In this document: positions 1-10,835 of the stretch, one piece after another
Layout: every line of letters begins with the position of its first letter
Numbering within the stretch: position 1 is the first letter of the stretch
From: Hydrurus foetidus
Lineage: Eukaryota
Assembly: GCA_900617105.1 (NCBI GenBank)
Contig: UYFQ01000478.1
Coordinates: 124,001 to 147,711, forward strand
DNA length: 23,711 nt
Direction: 5' to 3'
The notes under the pieces: generated by a model
What the model was told of the DNA's origin: nothing
The model's input: the letters and a program-made list of their open reading frames with translations, nothing else
The model's database searches: none
Translations under genes and position numbers: made by a program

Positions 1-475
1 TGTTCACGGTCTTGCCCACACCAGCACCACCGAACAGGCCCACCTTGCCGCCCTTAGCGAACGGGCAAACCAAGTCAATCACCTTGATGCCGGTTTCCAG
101 CAGCTCTTGGGAAGGGCTCAGTTCGTCGTAAGCAGGCGCTTTACGGTGAATAGACGCGGTGAGTTCTTGGCTCACTGGGCCGCGCTCGTCGATAGGCGCA
201 CCGAGCACGTCCATGATGCGGCCGAGTGTGGCTTTACCGACAGGCACAGTGATGGCCAAACCGGTGTTATAGACCATCAAACCACGGCGCAGGCCGTCGG
301 ATGAGCCGAGCGCAATGGTGCGCACGATACCGTCACCGAGTTGCTGCTGCACTTCGAGGGTCAGCGCAGAGCCTTCCATCTTGAGTGCGTCGTAAATTTT
401 GGGCATCTGGTTCCGTGGAAATTCCACGTCAACCACAGCGCCAATACACTGAACAATTTTTCCTTGGGCTTGCAT
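1..475 (-). CDS. atpD: F1Fo ATP synthase beta subunit, 5' part (runs off the left edge)
   Basis: Manual translation from the ATG at 475 gives [20 protein letters not shown]..., with Walker [14 protein letters not shown] at the window edge. A GGAG RBS lies upstream and the gene follows atpG. Confidence 0.98.
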   Translation of the reverse strand, partial: MQAQGKIVQCIGAVVDVEFPRNQMPKIYDALKMEGSALTLEVQQQLGDGIVRTIALGSSDGLRRGLMVYNTGLAITVPVGKATLGRIMDVLGAPIDERGPVSQELTASIHRKAPAYDELSPSQELLETGIKVIDLVCPFAKGGKVGLFGGAGVGKTVN

Positions 476-502
476 TTTTCGCTCCAATTAATTTGAATTT
501 GC

Positions 503-1387
503 TTAGCCGCTGATAGCAGCTGCGCCCGACACGATTTCTGACAATTCTTTGGTGATCGCGGCCTGACGGGTTTTGTTGTAAATCAACTTCAACTCGCCAA
601 TCACGCTACCGGCGTTGTCGGTGGCTGCCTTCATGGCGACCATGCGCGCTGCGTGCTCAGAAGCCATGTTTTCAGCTACCGCTTGGTAGACCAAAGCTTC
701 TGCGTAGCGCACCAACAGATCATCAATCACAGCCTGGGCATCAGGTTCGTAGATGTAGTCCCAAGCGTGCTGACTGCCACTGGCTTTGGTTTCTGCTTCC
801 ATCTTGGCCGCAGACAAAGGCAGCAACTGGTCCAGCGTTGCCACTTGGGCCATGGTGCTGACAAACTTGTTGTAGCACAGGTACACCGCGCTGACCTCGC
901 CCTTGGCGTAGGCATCGAGCAGCACCTTGACGGGGCCGATCAGCTTGTCCAAATGCGGTTTGTCGCCCAAGTGCGTCACATGCGACACCACCTTGGCACC
1001 CATGCGGTTCAGAAAACCCAAACCCTTGCCCCCGATCGCCACCGCTGACGGCGTTTTACCAGCCGCTTGCGTTTCGCGCAGTTTGAGCGTCACGGCGCGC
1101 AGCAGATTGGTATTCAAACCACCGCACAACCCTTTGTCCGTCGTCACCACAATGAAACCCACCGACTTGCCATCGTTGGGTTTCATGAACGCGTGCACGT
1201 ACTCAGGGTTCGCTTGCCCAAGATTGCTCGCAATCGCGCGAATCTTGTCGCTGTACGGACGGGCGGCGCGCATACGCTCCTGCGCACGGCGCATCTTGGA
1301 GACCGAAATCATCTCCATCGCCTTGGTGATCTTCTTGGTGTTTTCCACCGATTTGATCTTGGTGCGTAGTTCCTTGCCTGATGCCAT
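503..1387 (-). CDS. atpG: ATP synthase F1 gamma subunit
   Basis: Motifs [35 protein letters not shown] and [15 protein letters not shown] at 1387 follows AGGAG. Confidence 0.98.
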   Translation of the reverse strand: MASGKELRTKIKSVENTKKITKAMEMISVSKMRRAQERMRAARPYSDKIRAIASNLGQANPEYVHAFMKPNDGKSVGFIVVTTDKGLCGGLNTNLLRAVTLKLRETQAAGKTPSAVAIGGKGLGFLNRMGAKVVSHVTHLGDKPHLDKLIGPVKVLLDAYAKGEVSAVYLCYNKFVSTMAQVATLDQLLPLSAAKMEAETKASGSQHAWDYIYEPDAQAVIDDLLVRYAEALVYQAVAENMASEHAARMVAMKAATDNAGSVIGELKLIYNKTRQAAITKELSEIVSGAAAISG

Positions 1388-1414
1388 CAACGGCTCCTTT
1401 TGGTCAGGTAGAAA

Positions 1415-2968
1415 TTAAGCAAAGCTCTTTTTGAATGCGCCCACAGCAGCAGTCAACTCGACCTCAGCGTCTTTGTCCAAGGCTTTGCTGGATTCCAGCT
1501 TGGCCAACAGGGGCGCGTGCTTGTCTTTAAGGTAAGCGTGCAGGCCGTGTTCGAAAGGCAAGATTTTCTTGATTTCGACATCGTCCATGAAACCCTTGTT
1601 CACTGCAAACAGCGTCGCACCCATCAAGCTGATGGACAGAGGGCTGTATTGAGCTTGCTTCAAGAGTTCCGTCACACGGGCACCACGGTCAAGCTGCTTG
1701 CGAGTGGACTCATCCAGATCGGACGCGAACTGCGCAAAAGCGGCCAACTCACGGTACTGCGCCAAGTCGGTACGGATACCGCCTGACTGGCCCTTGATGA
1801 TCTTGGTCTGAGCAGAGCTACCGACGCGAGACACCGAGATGCCGGCGTTGATCGCAGGGCGGATACCAGCATTGAACAACGAGGTTTCCAAGAAGATCTG
1901 GCCGTCAGTGATCGAAATCACGTTGGTTGGAACGAACGCAGACACGTCACCAGCTTGCGTTTCAATGATCGGCAAAGCCGTCAAAGAACCCGTCTTGCCT
2001 TTAACAGCACCCTTGGTGAAAGCTTCAACATAATCAGCATTCACACGCGCGGCGCGTTCCAGCAAACGGCTGTGGAGGTAAAACACATCGCCAGGGTAAG
2101 CTTCGCGGCCTGGAGGCCTACGCAGCAACAAGGACACTTGACGGTAAGCTACGGCTTGTTTGGACAGGTCGTCATACACGATCAATGCGTCTTCACCACG
2201 GTCACGGAAGTATTCACCCATCGTGCAGCCGGAGTAGGCGCTGACGTACTGCATGGCAGCCGATTCAGAAGCTGAAGCCGCCACCACAATGGTGTATTCC
2301 ATCGCACCAGCTTGTTCCAACGCACGCACCACGTTCTTGATCGACGAGGCTTTTTGGCCAATCGCGACGTAAACGCAGGTCATGTTTTGACCCTTTTGGT
2401 TGATGATCGCGTCGATAGCTACTGCCGTCTTGCCAGTTTGGCGGTCACCAATGATCAACTCGCGCTGACCACGGCCCACGGGCACCATAGAGTCAATCGA
2501 CTTCAGGCCGGTTTGCATCGGCTGGTCAACTGATTTACGGGCAATCACACCGGGCGCGACTTTTTCGATCACGTCGGTCATCTTGGCGTTGATCGGGCCT
2601 TTGCCGTCGATAGGCTGACCCAAAGCGTTCACCACGCGACCAATCAACTCGGGTCCGACGGGCACTTCCAAAATGCGGCCGGTACATTTGACCGTATCAC
2701 CTTCGGAGATGTGCTCGTACTCACCCAAAATCACGGCGCCAACAGAGTCGCGCTCCAGATTCAGGGCCAGACCAAAGGTCGGAGTGCCATCAGCGGTCAA
2801 GGGGAATTCCAACATTTCGCCCTGCATCACGTCAGAAAGACCGTGAACGCGGACGATACCGTCGGTCACAGACACGACGGTGCCTTGGTTGCGAATGTCG
2901 GCGCTGGCCGTGAGCCCTTCGATACGGCTCTTGATAAGCTCAGAGATTTCTGCGGGATTGAGTTGCAT
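1415..2968 (-). CDS. atpA: ATP synthase F1 alpha subunit
   Basis: 517 aa with GDRQTGKT Walker [25 protein letters not shown] and [13 protein letters not shown]. Confidence 0.99.
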   Translation of the reverse strand: MQLNPAEISELIKSRIEGLTASADIRNQGTVVSVTDGIVRVHGLSDVMQGEMLEFPLTADGTPTFGLALNLERDSVGAVILGEYEHISEGDTVKCTGRILEVPVGPELIGRVVNALGQPIDGKGPINAKMTDVIEKVAPGVIARKSVDQPMQTGLKSIDSMVPVGRGQRELIIGDRQTGKTAVAIDAIINQKGQNMTCVYVAIGQKASSIKNVVRALEQAGAMEYTIVVAASASESAAMQYVSAYSGCTMGEYFRDRGEDALIVYDDLSKQAVAYRQVSLLLRRPPGREAYPGDVFYLHSRLLERAARVNADYVEAFTKGAVKGKTGSLTALPIIETQAGDVSAFVPTNVISITDGQIFLETSLFNAGIRPAINAGISVSRVGSSAQTKIIKGQSGGIRTDLAQYRELAAFAQFASDLDESTRKQLDRGARVTELLKQAQYSPLSISLMGATLFAVNKGFMDDVEIKKILPFEHGLHAYLKDKHAPLLAKLESSKALDKDAEVELTAAVGAFKKSFA

Positions 2969-3018
2969 GACTCTTTCCTTCTTTCTTTAAGGGTTGCCTG
3001 CGCGCTTCACTGCCTGGA

Positions 3019-3552
3019 TCAGGCGGTGAGAGCCACTTTCATTTGTTCTAGACGGGCCTTGACGGAAGTGTCGAGCACTTCGTCACCGACCACGACGCGG
3101 ATGCCGCCAATCAACGACGGGTCTAAACGAACCTGCGCGTTGAGTTTGCGGGCGAAACGCTTTTCCAGCGTCGCCGTCACGTCAGCCAATTCAGCACCCT
3201 CGATGGGGAAGGCGCTGTAAACCAAAGCGTCCAACACGCCAGAGCGTGCGTTCACCAGGGTTTGGTATTGAGCTGCAATTTCGGGCAAGGCGGGCAGGCG
3301 ACCATTTTCGATCACCACACGCAAAAGGTTTTTTGCTGCATCTCCCATGTGGCCCTTGGCCACACCGGTGAACAGCTCGAACACTTGCGTATCCAGGGTT
3401 TTGGGGTTGCCAGCGAACTCGCGTAATTGCGGGTTCGCCGCAATGGAGGCCAGTTCGTTGACCTGATCCGCCACCGCCGCCGCATCGGACGGGCCGACCG
3501 CTTTGAACAGCGCATCGGCGTAGGGGCGTGCAATGGTAGCCAGTTCAGCCAT
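3019..3552 (-). CDS. atpH: ATP synthase F1 delta subunit
   Basis: N-terminus [17 protein letters not shown]-terminus [18 protein letters not shown], and expected operon position. Confidence 0.97.
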   Translation of the reverse strand: MAELATIARPYADALFKAVGPSDAAAVADQVNELASIAANPQLREFAGNPKTLDTQVFELFTGVAKGHMGDAAKNLLRVVIENGRLPALPEIAAQYQTLVNARSGVLDALVYSAFPIEGAELADVTATLEKRFARKLNAQVRLDPSLIGGIRVVVGDEVLDTSVKARLEQMKVALTA

Positions 3553-3612
3553 GGTGTTAAACCTTCAAACTTGTTGGAATGGTCGTTAAAGTGCGTATTG
3601 CGAAGCTACGCT

Positions 3613-4082
3613 TCACAACTCGCTCTTCAGACGGCTCAGCAAGTCGGCATGAACACCAGCGTTGACTTCCTTGCGGAGAATCTGCTCGGCACCCTTGACG
3701 GCCAGTGCGGCGACCTGCTCACGCAGGGTCTCACGGGCTTTGACGGTTTGCTGTTCGGCTTCTACCTGGGCGGCGGCCACAATCTTGTTGGCCTCTTCCG
3801 TAGCACGGCCTTTAGCCTCTTCGATGATGCCTTGCGCACGGCGCTCAGCATCAGCCAGACGGCGGCGGACTCGGTACGCGATTTGGCCAGTTCGGCTTCA
3901 ACGCGCTTGTTTGCGAGGAGAGTTCGGCCTTGGCCTTGTCGGCAGCGGCCAGGCCGTCGGCGAATCTTGATAGCACGTTCGTCAAGCGCGGCAGTGATGG
4001 GGGGCCACACGAATTTCATCGTGAACCACACCAAAATTGCAAAAACAATCGCTTGGACGAACAGGGTTGCGTTAATACTCAC
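3613..4082 (-). CDS. atpF: ATP synthase Fo subunit b (three apparent single-base indels, probably sequence errors)
   Basis: Starts [28 protein letters not shown] (GTG). Correcting +1 at ~3963, -1 at ~3915 and -1 at ~3861 restores [15 protein letters not shown]...RLADAERRA...[24 protein letters not shown], 156 aa in total. Confidence 0.95.
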
Positions 4083-4125
4083 AGCAACGCCCTTTCAGTC
4101 TGTTAGAGGAACGGGCAAGCGTGGA

Positions 4126-4374
<249 letters not shown>

Positions 4375-4433
4375 TTAGAGCTCCTATAAAAGTTAAAGTT
4401 ACAGACAAGAAAAAAGATACACCGACAAACTTT

Positions 4434-5326
<893 letters not shown>

Positions 5327-5338
5327 CAGGTACTCGTA

Positions 5339-5839
5339 TCAGTTACTTTTGCCGTTAAGCGTTACGTTTTGCACCGGCTTCACTTTGCGTTTGTACACAA
5401 GCGCCAGCCAATACACCTTCATCGTCACCACCAAGCCAACCAGCATTGCCGGCCAACTCAAGTCTCTTGCCCAGACGTGGGCCGCAAGCAGCGCACCCAC
5501 CGTCATAATTATCTTGGTCAGTTCCCACACAAAGAAACTCAGCACCGCAGCGCCAGGATTCATGGATGCAAACTGCCCCGTCACACCACGCGCAAACAGC
5601 GCTGCGGGAATGGCCACCGCCAAAGCCCCGTAGGCTGCGGACAGCGCCACCGAAGATTTGCCAGTGATGCCCCAGGCCGCCAGAGTCACCAGAACCCCCG
5701 CAACCAATTGACCCACAACCACCCACCAAGGAGATATTGAGGGATTTTGGACACGAAGTGCTTGCGCCTGCTCCGCCGTCAATGGCACGAAGTCCGACGC
5801 ATCGTCTTCGTTCTCTGCAATGGGCGCCATTATCGACAT
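5339..5839 (-). CDS. atpI: ATP synthase protein I
   Basis: Four predicted hydrophobic segments (SAAYGALAVAIPAALFARG, FFVWELTKI) and first position in the atp operon. The exact start is uncertain. Confidence 0.88.
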   Translation of the reverse strand: MSIMAPIAENEDDASDFVPLTAEQAQALRVQNPSISPWWVVVGQLVAGVLVTLAAWGITGKSSVALSAAYGALAVAIPAALFARGVTGQFASMNPGAAVLSFFVWELTKIIMTVGALLAAHVWARDLSWPAMLVGLVVTMKVYWLALVYKRKVKPVQNVTLNGKSN

Positions 5840-5882
5840 CTCTTATTACACCCAGGTTACGGCGTTCTCAGTACAGCCGACG

Positions 5883-5910
5883 ATTATACGTAGAAACCCG
5901 GTGACTCCAA
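5883..5910 (-). promoter_or_regulatory. Candidate sigma70 promoter of the atp operon
   Basis: Minus strand reads TTGGAG-N16-TATAAT, with a perfect -10 box about 45 bp upstream of atpI. Confidence 0.6.
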
Positions 5911-5957
5911 AACATTCCCACAAAATTTGGCCTCCTCGCCGCGCCCACAGGGCAGAC

Positions 5958-5966
5958 TGCGATAAT
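5958..5966 (+). promoter_or_regulatory. Candidate extended -10 promoter for the ybeD-lipB-lipA unit
   Basis: TG-C-GATAAT followed 6 nt later by the ATG at 5973. Confidence 0.45.
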
Positions 5967-5972
5967 TCCAAC

Positions 5973-6035
5973 ATGCATAACCTGCACCGCCTCCCCTGTG
6001 TGTTGCAAGGCGGCCTGCGCGCCGGGGCGCAATAG
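5973..6035 (+). other. Putative leaderless 20-codon ORF (MHNLHRLPCVLQGGLRAGAQ), either a uORF or a gene remnant
   Basis: The ATG sits at the expected +1 of the extended -10 box. The stop codon overlaps the loop of the GGGGCGC-AATA-GCGCCCC hairpin (6024-6041). Confidence 0.3.
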
Positions 6036-6070
6036 CGCCCCTCGTATCCAGCAAAGAAATCGAGCCCTAC

Positions 6071-6379
6071 GTGTCTACGCCTCCCACACCCCCAGAACCG
6101 TCCGACAACGCCCCCCCACGCGCCGAATCGCTGATTGAATACCCCTCGCAATTCCCCATCAAGGTGATGGGCCAAAAGGTGGATGGGCTGGTGCACGCCA
6201 TTTCCGTCATCGCCAAACAGTTCGACCCCGCGTTTGATGCCTCCACCATCGAGCTGCGTGAGAGCAAGGCCGGCAATTACCTGGGCGTAACCATCACCGT
6301 CACCGCCACCAGCCGCGAACAGCTCGACGAGCTGTACCGCACGCTGTCCACCCATCCCATGGTCAAAGTGGTGCTGTAA
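6071..6379 (+). CDS. ybeD: YbeD/DUF493 family protein
   Basis: Motifs [28 protein letters not shown] and [15 protein letters not shown], directly upstream of lipB. Confidence 0.93.
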   Translation: MSTPPTPPEPSDNAPPRAESLIEYPSQFPIKVMGQKVDGLVHAISVIAKQFDPAFDASTIELRESKAGNYLGVTITVTATSREQLDELYRTLSTHPMVKVVL

Positions 6380-6383
6380 CGCG

Positions 6384-7088
6384 GTGGAGATTGACCGCGC
6401 CACTCTCGGCCGCGTGGACTACCTGCCCACCTATGCGGCTATGCAGGAGTTTACGAACCAAAGAACCGTTGGGCCCGCATCTACTGTGCGCGACCAGCTA
6501 TGGATTTGTGAGCACCCGCCGGTCTTCACCCAAGGGCTGGCCGGCAAGCCCGAGCACATTTTTATGGCCGGCGACATTCCCGTGGTGCCAACCAACCGCG
6601 GCGGCCAGGTGACCTACCATGGCCCCGGTCAGGTGGTGGGTTACCCGTTGATCGACCTCAAGCGCGCGGGCTACTTCGTCAAGGAATACGTCTACCGCAT
6701 CGAAGCGGCAGTGATCAAGACGCTGGCGCACTTCGGCGTGACCGGCCACCGCGTGGCGGGCGCCCCCGGCATTTACGTCCGATTGGACGACCCGACGGGC
6801 CACGCGCCACTGGCGCAGCGGCCCCAGAACGGGGCCGCCAGCCACACCGACCCCGACTTCACCGGCCTGGGCAAGATTGCCGCGCTGGGCATCAAGGTCA
6901 GCCGCAACTGCACCTACCACGGCGTGGCGTTGAACGTGGCCATGGACCTGGAACCCTTCTCGCGTATCAACCCCTGCGGCTACGCCAAGCTGCAAACTGT
7001 GGACCTTTCTACAATCGGGGTCTCTGTTGGCTGGGCTGATGCCGCCGACGTGTTGGGCCACAAGCTCGCAACCTACCTCGCGCCCTGA
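6384..7088 (+). CDS. lipB: Octanoyltransferase
   Basis: Motifs [36 protein letters not shown] and INPCG. Confidence 0.97.
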   Translation: MEIDRATLGRVDYLPTYAAMQEFTNQRTVGPASTVRDQLWICEHPPVFTQGLAGKPEHIFMAGDIPVVPTNRGGQVTYHGPGQVVGYPLIDLKRAGYFVKEYVYRIEAAVIKTLAHFGVTGHRVAGAPGIYVRLDDPTGHAPLAQRPQNGAASHTDPDFTGLGKIAALGIKVSRNCTYHGVALNVAMDLEPFSRINPCGYAKLQTVDLSTIGVSVGWADAADVLGHKLATYLAP

Positions 7089-7102
7089 CTGCGCCCTGCC
7101 CC

Positions 7103-8125
7103 ATGAGCCATAGCGAAGACACCACCGTTCAGACCCCCACCAACGCCACTGTGCGTGACGTGCAGTCGCTGGACGCCTACAAGGCCACCGACAAACAAAA
7201 AGCCGCGGCCAAGCTGTCGCGCATTCCAGTCAAGGTAGTGCAAGGTGAAGTGCTCAAGAAGCCGGACTGGATTCGCGTCAAGGCCGGCAGCCCCAGCACC
7301 CGCTTCTACGAAATCAAGGACGTGCTGCGCGCCAACAAACTGGTGACCGTGTGTGAGGAAGCCAGCTGCCCCAACATCGGTGAATGCTTTGGCAAGGGCA
7401 CCGCCACCTTCATGATCATGGGCGACAAGTGCACACGGCGCTGCCCGTTTTGCGACGTGGGCCACGGCCGCCCTGACCCCCTGGACGTGAATGAGCCCGA
7501 AAACCTGGCCAAGACCATCGCCCAGCTCAAGCTCAACTACGTGGTGATCACCAGCGTGGATCGCGATGATTTGCGCGACGGCGGTGCCCAGCACTTTGCC
7601 GATTGCATCACCCGCATTCGCGAACTCTCACCTGGCACCCAAATCGAGGTGCTGGTGCCCGACTTCCGCGGCCGCGACGACCGCGCGCTGGGCATTTTGA
7701 ATGCCGCGCCACCCGACGTGATGAACCACAACCTGGAAACCGCGCCGCGCCTGTACAAGGAGGCCCGCCCCGGCAGTGACTACCAGTTCAGCTTGAACCT
7801 GCTGAAGAAGTTCAAAGACATGCACCCCGGCGTGCCCACCAAGAGCGGCATCATGGTCGGCCTGGGCGAGACCGACGAAGAAGTGCTGCAGGTCATGCAG
7901 GACATGCGCGACCACAACATCGACATGCTGACGATTGGCCAGTACCTGGCGCCATCGACCTCGCACCTGACCGTGAAGCGCTATGTGCACCCCGACACCT
8001 TCAAGATGTTTGAGGCCAAGGCGTATGAGATGGGCTTCAAGCACGCGGCGGTGGGCGCTATGGTACGCAGCAGTTACCACGCGGACCAGCAAGCCGGGCA
8101 CGCACTGGGCAAGCCAATCGCTTAA
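7103..8125 (+). CDS. lipA: Lipoyl synthase (radical SAM)
   Basis: [12 protein letters not shown] (CX4CX5C), CTRRCPFC (CX3CX2C) and C-terminal RSSYHA. Confidence 0.99.
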   Translation: MSHSEDTTVQTPTNATVRDVQSLDAYKATDKQKAAAKLSRIPVKVVQGEVLKKPDWIRVKAGSPSTRFYEIKDVLRANKLVTVCEEASCPNIGECFGKGTATFMIMGDKCTRRCPFCDVGHGRPDPLDVNEPENLAKTIAQLKLNYVVITSVDRDDLRDGGAQHFADCITRIRELSPGTQIEVLVPDFRGRDDRALGILNAAPPDVMNHNLETAPRLYKEARPGSDYQFSLNLLKKFKDMHPGVPTKSGIMVGLGETDEEVLQVMQDMRDHNIDMLTIGQYLAPSTSHLTVKRYVHPDTFKMFEAKAYEMGFKHAAVGAMVRSSYHADQQAGHALGKPIA

Positions 8126-8129
8126 AGAT

Positions 8130-8188
8130 GCTCCTGATTCAGGAGCTGCCCGCGCATATTCCACGCGGGCTAGCAGCCTATTTGTCTC
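8130..8188 (+). repeat. REP-like double-hairpin intergenic repeat, copy A
   Basis: GCTCCTG-ATT-CAGGAGC followed by GCCCGCG-N9-CGCGGGC. Aligns without gaps to 8765-8823 (+) and 10777-10835 (-). Confidence 0.8.
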
Positions 8189-8665
8189 CTATTTCGGCTT
8201 GGCAAACCCGCCTTCCGCCCACGCCACCGCACTGCTGCGGTTCAGCTTGAACGAAGGCGCCACGCGCACTTCGGCCAGCAGCTCGTCCCCATCGTCCCTG
8301 GCGCTCAACATGGCCGAGGGATTCTCTTCATCCGGCTCGATGTCCAAATGCACGGTAACGCGGGCCGTGCCCACGGTGACCGTGATGCTTTGGTGCAGCG
8401 ACGCATACAACTGCTGCTCGCTGCGGCGCACAAACTCGCTAGCGGTTTTCACCAGCGTGCTGAAGGCGTTGCCGTCCAGCGGCTTGGGGTTCTTCTTGTC
8501 GCGGCCCATGGTCCAGGGGCCGACCAGGGCGGGTTCGGCCTGGCCGTCGCGGGTCATGGCCACGGCCCAACCGTCGTCGTCTTCGTTTTTGATGACTTGC
8601 GCGGTCCAGCCGTCGCCGGTCCAGCGGCGAGGTTCCTGGGTGTTGGAGGGGGATAAATCAGTCAA
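8189..8665 (-). CDS. Hypothetical protein (~158 aa, start uncertain)
   Basis: ORF with GC3-biased codons and protein-like sequence (WTAQVIKNEDDDGWAVAM, PALVGPWTMGRDKKNPKPLD). The TTG at 8665 is preferred over the ORF-track start at 8716. Confidence 0.8.
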   Translation of the reverse strand: MTDLSPSNTQEPRRWTGDGWTAQVIKNEDDDGWAVAMTRDGQAEPALVGPWTMGRDKKNPKPLDGNAFSTLVKTASEFVRRSEQQLYASLHQSITVTVGTARVTVHLDIEPDEENPSAMLSARDDGDELLAEVRVAPSFKLNRSSAVAWAEGGFAKPK

Positions 8666-8764
8666 AGGCGGGCCACAGAAAATAAAGAATGCTGGATTCT
8701 GCCCCCTGCGCTGCAATATCCCGCGCGGCCGGGTAGCATAGCGGTGGGCAGCGCTATCCCACGC

Positions 8765-8823
8765 GCTATCTAATCCATAGCACCCCGCGCAATAACAGCG
8801 GGGGCCAGAGACCTATTTACCCA
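8765..8823 (+). repeat. REP-like double-hairpin repeat, copy C
   Basis: GCTAT-N7-ATAGC followed by CCCCGC-N9-GCGGGG, with the same spacing and ATTT tail as copy A. Confidence 0.7.
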
Positions 8824-8842
8824 CCTACGCTCATCCAACGCC

Positions 8843-9892
8843 ATGCAATACCAAGCCAACGCCGCCCGTTACAACGGCACCGTCCCCTACCGCTATTGCG
8901 GCAAAAGCGGCCTCAAGCTCCCCGCGGTGTCGCTGGGCCTGTGGCACAACTTTGGCGACGCCACGCCCTTCCAGACCCAGCGCGACATGCTGCGCACCGC
9001 CTTTGACCTGGGCATCACCCATTTCGACCTGGCCAACAACTACGGCCCACAGGCTGGCAGCGCCGAGATCAACTTTGGCGAGCACCTGCGCCGCGATTTC
9101 ATGCCCTACCGCGACGAGCTGATCATCTCCAGCAAGGCCGGCTACGACATGTGGCCTGGCCCCTACGGCCAGGGCGGCGGCTCGCGCAAGTACGTGCTGG
9201 CCAGCCTGGACCAAAGCCTCAAGCGCATGGGCCTGGAGTACGTCGACATCTTCTACAGCCACCGCTTTGACCCTGACACCCCGCTGGAAGAAACCATGGG
9301 CGCGCTGGCCACCGCGGTGCAGCAGGGCAAGGCGCTCTACGCCGGCATCAGCAGCTACTCGGGCACCAAAACGCGCGAAGCGGCGGCCATTCTGAAGAGC
9401 ATGGGCGTGCCCATGCTGATTCACCAGCCCTCCTACAGCCTGATGAACCGCTGGATTGAAGAAGACCTGCTGGACGCACTCGACGACACCGGCATGGGCT
9501 GCATCGCCTTCAGCGCGCTGGCCCAGGGCCTGTTGACCAACAAGTACCTTAACGGTGTGCCGGCCGACGCCCGCATCAACCGCCCCGGCGGCGGATCATT
9601 CAACAAGGACCACCTGAGCGAGCAGAACATCAAGCATGTGCGTGCACTCAACGACATTGCCCTGGCCCGCGGCCAGAGCCTGGCGCAGATGGCCACGGCC
9701 TGGGTGCTGCGCGACGCCCGCGTGACCTCTGCGCTGATCGGTGCGAGCAAGCCCGAGCAGATCGTCGACCTGGTGGGCGCCATGAGCAACCTGACATTCA
9801 GCGCCGAAGAGCTGGCTACGATTGACCAGCACGCGGTGGACGGCGGCATCAACCTGTGGAAGCGCCCTTCCACCGACCAACGCCTGGCTTGA
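8843..9892 (+). CDS. mgrA: Aldo-keto reductase, L-glyceraldehyde-3-phosphate/methylglyoxal reductase type (YghZ/Gpr/MgrA)
   Basis: Motifs SGLKLPAVSLGLWHNFG, GITHFDLANNYGP, ISSKAGYDMWPGPYG, GSRKY and YVDIFYSHRFDPDTPLEET. Confidence 0.93.
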   Translation: MQYQANAARYNGTVPYRYCGKSGLKLPAVSLGLWHNFGDATPFQTQRDMLRTAFDLGITHFDLANNYGPQAGSAEINFGEHLRRDFMPYRDELIISSKAGYDMWPGPYGQGGGSRKYVLASLDQSLKRMGLEYVDIFYSHRFDPDTPLEETMGALATAVQQGKALYAGISSYSGTKTREAAAILKSMGVPMLIHQPSYSLMNRWIEEDLLDALDDTGMGCIAFSALAQGLLTNKYLNGVPADARINRPGGGSFNKDHLSEQNIKHVRALNDIALARGQSLAQMATAWVLRDARVTSALIGASKPEQIVDLVGAMSNLTFSAEELATIDQHAVDGGINLWKRPSTDQRLA

Positions 9893-9906
9893 CCGCGTCT
9901 AACGCT

Positions 9907-10767
9907 ATGGCGGAGGGAAGTAAAACGCGGAGTCACTCCACGTTGTTCGCCCTCGCTGCCATTGCCCTCTGGGGTTCGCTGGCTCCGCTGGGCGTTTCGC
10001 TGGGCCATGTACCACCGTTTCTTCTCACGGGCTGCGGGCTGCTCATCGGTAGCCTGATCGGGCTGGTGCTGTCACGCGGCAATGTGCGGCAGTGGAAGGT
10101 ACCAGCGCCCACGTTGGCGCTGGGCGTGTACGGCTTGTTCGGCTTTCACTTTCTGCTGTTCATTGCACTGCGCCACGCGCCGCCGGTGCAAGCCAATTTG
10201 GTGAACTACCTGTGGCCGCTGGGCATTGTGCTGATGGCGCCGCTGTTCCTGCCCGGCATGCGGCTGCACGCCCTGCACATTGCGGCGGCGTTTCTGGGCT
10301 TTGCCGGTGCGGCACTGGCCATCGTGGGCGGACGCGACTTACAAGGTGGTTTTGCCTGGGGTTACATCCCGGCGCTGGCCTCGGCCTTTATCTGGGCCAG
10401 CTATTCGCTGCTGACCCGGCGCGTACCGGCGTTTCCCAGTGCGGCGATTGGCCTGTTCGGGCTGGTGTCGGGCCTGCTCTCGCTGCTGTGCCATGCACTG
10501 CTGGAGGCGCCGGTGGCGCTGAGCGCGCACGACTGGCTGCTACTGACAGCCATGGGCCTGGGGCCGCTGGGCGGCGCGTTTTACCTGTGGGATGCCGCCC
10601 TCAAACGGGGCGATGCGCGGCAGATTGGGGTGCTGTCCTTCCTCACCCCGCTGCTGTCCACGCTGGCCTTGCTGTGGTTGCGCGGCGAGTGGCCCAGTGC
10701 CTCGGTGGCGTTGGCCGCAGTGATGATTGTGGGCGCCGCGGTGCTGGGCTCGCGGGCTGGCAAGTAG
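9907..10767 (+). CDS. EamA/DMT family transporter (YddG-like)
   Basis: About ten hydrophobic segments, with motifs APPVQANLVNYLWP, WASYSLLTRR and SFLTPLLST. The ATG at 9907 follows the mgrA stop. Confidence 0.9.
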   Translation: MAEGSKTRSHSTLFALAAIALWGSLAPLGVSLGHVPPFLLTGCGLLIGSLIGLVLSRGNVRQWKVPAPTLALGVYGLFGFHFLLFIALRHAPPVQANLVNYLWPLGIVLMAPLFLPGMRLHALHIAAAFLGFAGAALAIVGGRDLQGGFAWGYIPALASAFIWASYSLLTRRVPAFPSAAIGLFGLVSGLLSLLCHALLEAPVALSAHDWLLLTAMGLGPLGGAFYLWDAALKRGDARQIGVLSFLTPLLSTLALLWLRGEWPSASVALAAVMIVGAAVLGSRAGK

Positions 10768-10776
10768 GCAGACTAC

Positions 10777-10835
10777 AAGCCAAATGATCCTCTAGCCCCC
10801 GTCAACATTGCGCGAGCAGCTCCTGTTTTTATAGC
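10777..10835 (-). repeat. REP-like double-hairpin repeat, copy B (inverted relative to A and C)
   Basis: Reverse complement GCTATAAAAACAGGAGCTGCTCGCGCAATGTTGACGGGGGCTAGAGGATCATTT. It is 39/59 identical to copy A without gaps by hand count. Confidence 0.8.

Noticed and set aside
3595..3620. Small hairpin GAAGC-TAC-GCTTC at the atpF stop
   Set aside because: The stem is only 5 bp with no U-tract. It may affect mRNA stability but cannot be supported as a feature.
8130..10835. Repeats as a CRISPR array or as IS terminal inverted repeats
   Set aside because: The copies are dispersed and divergent, with no regular spacers, cas genes, transposase or evident target-site duplication.
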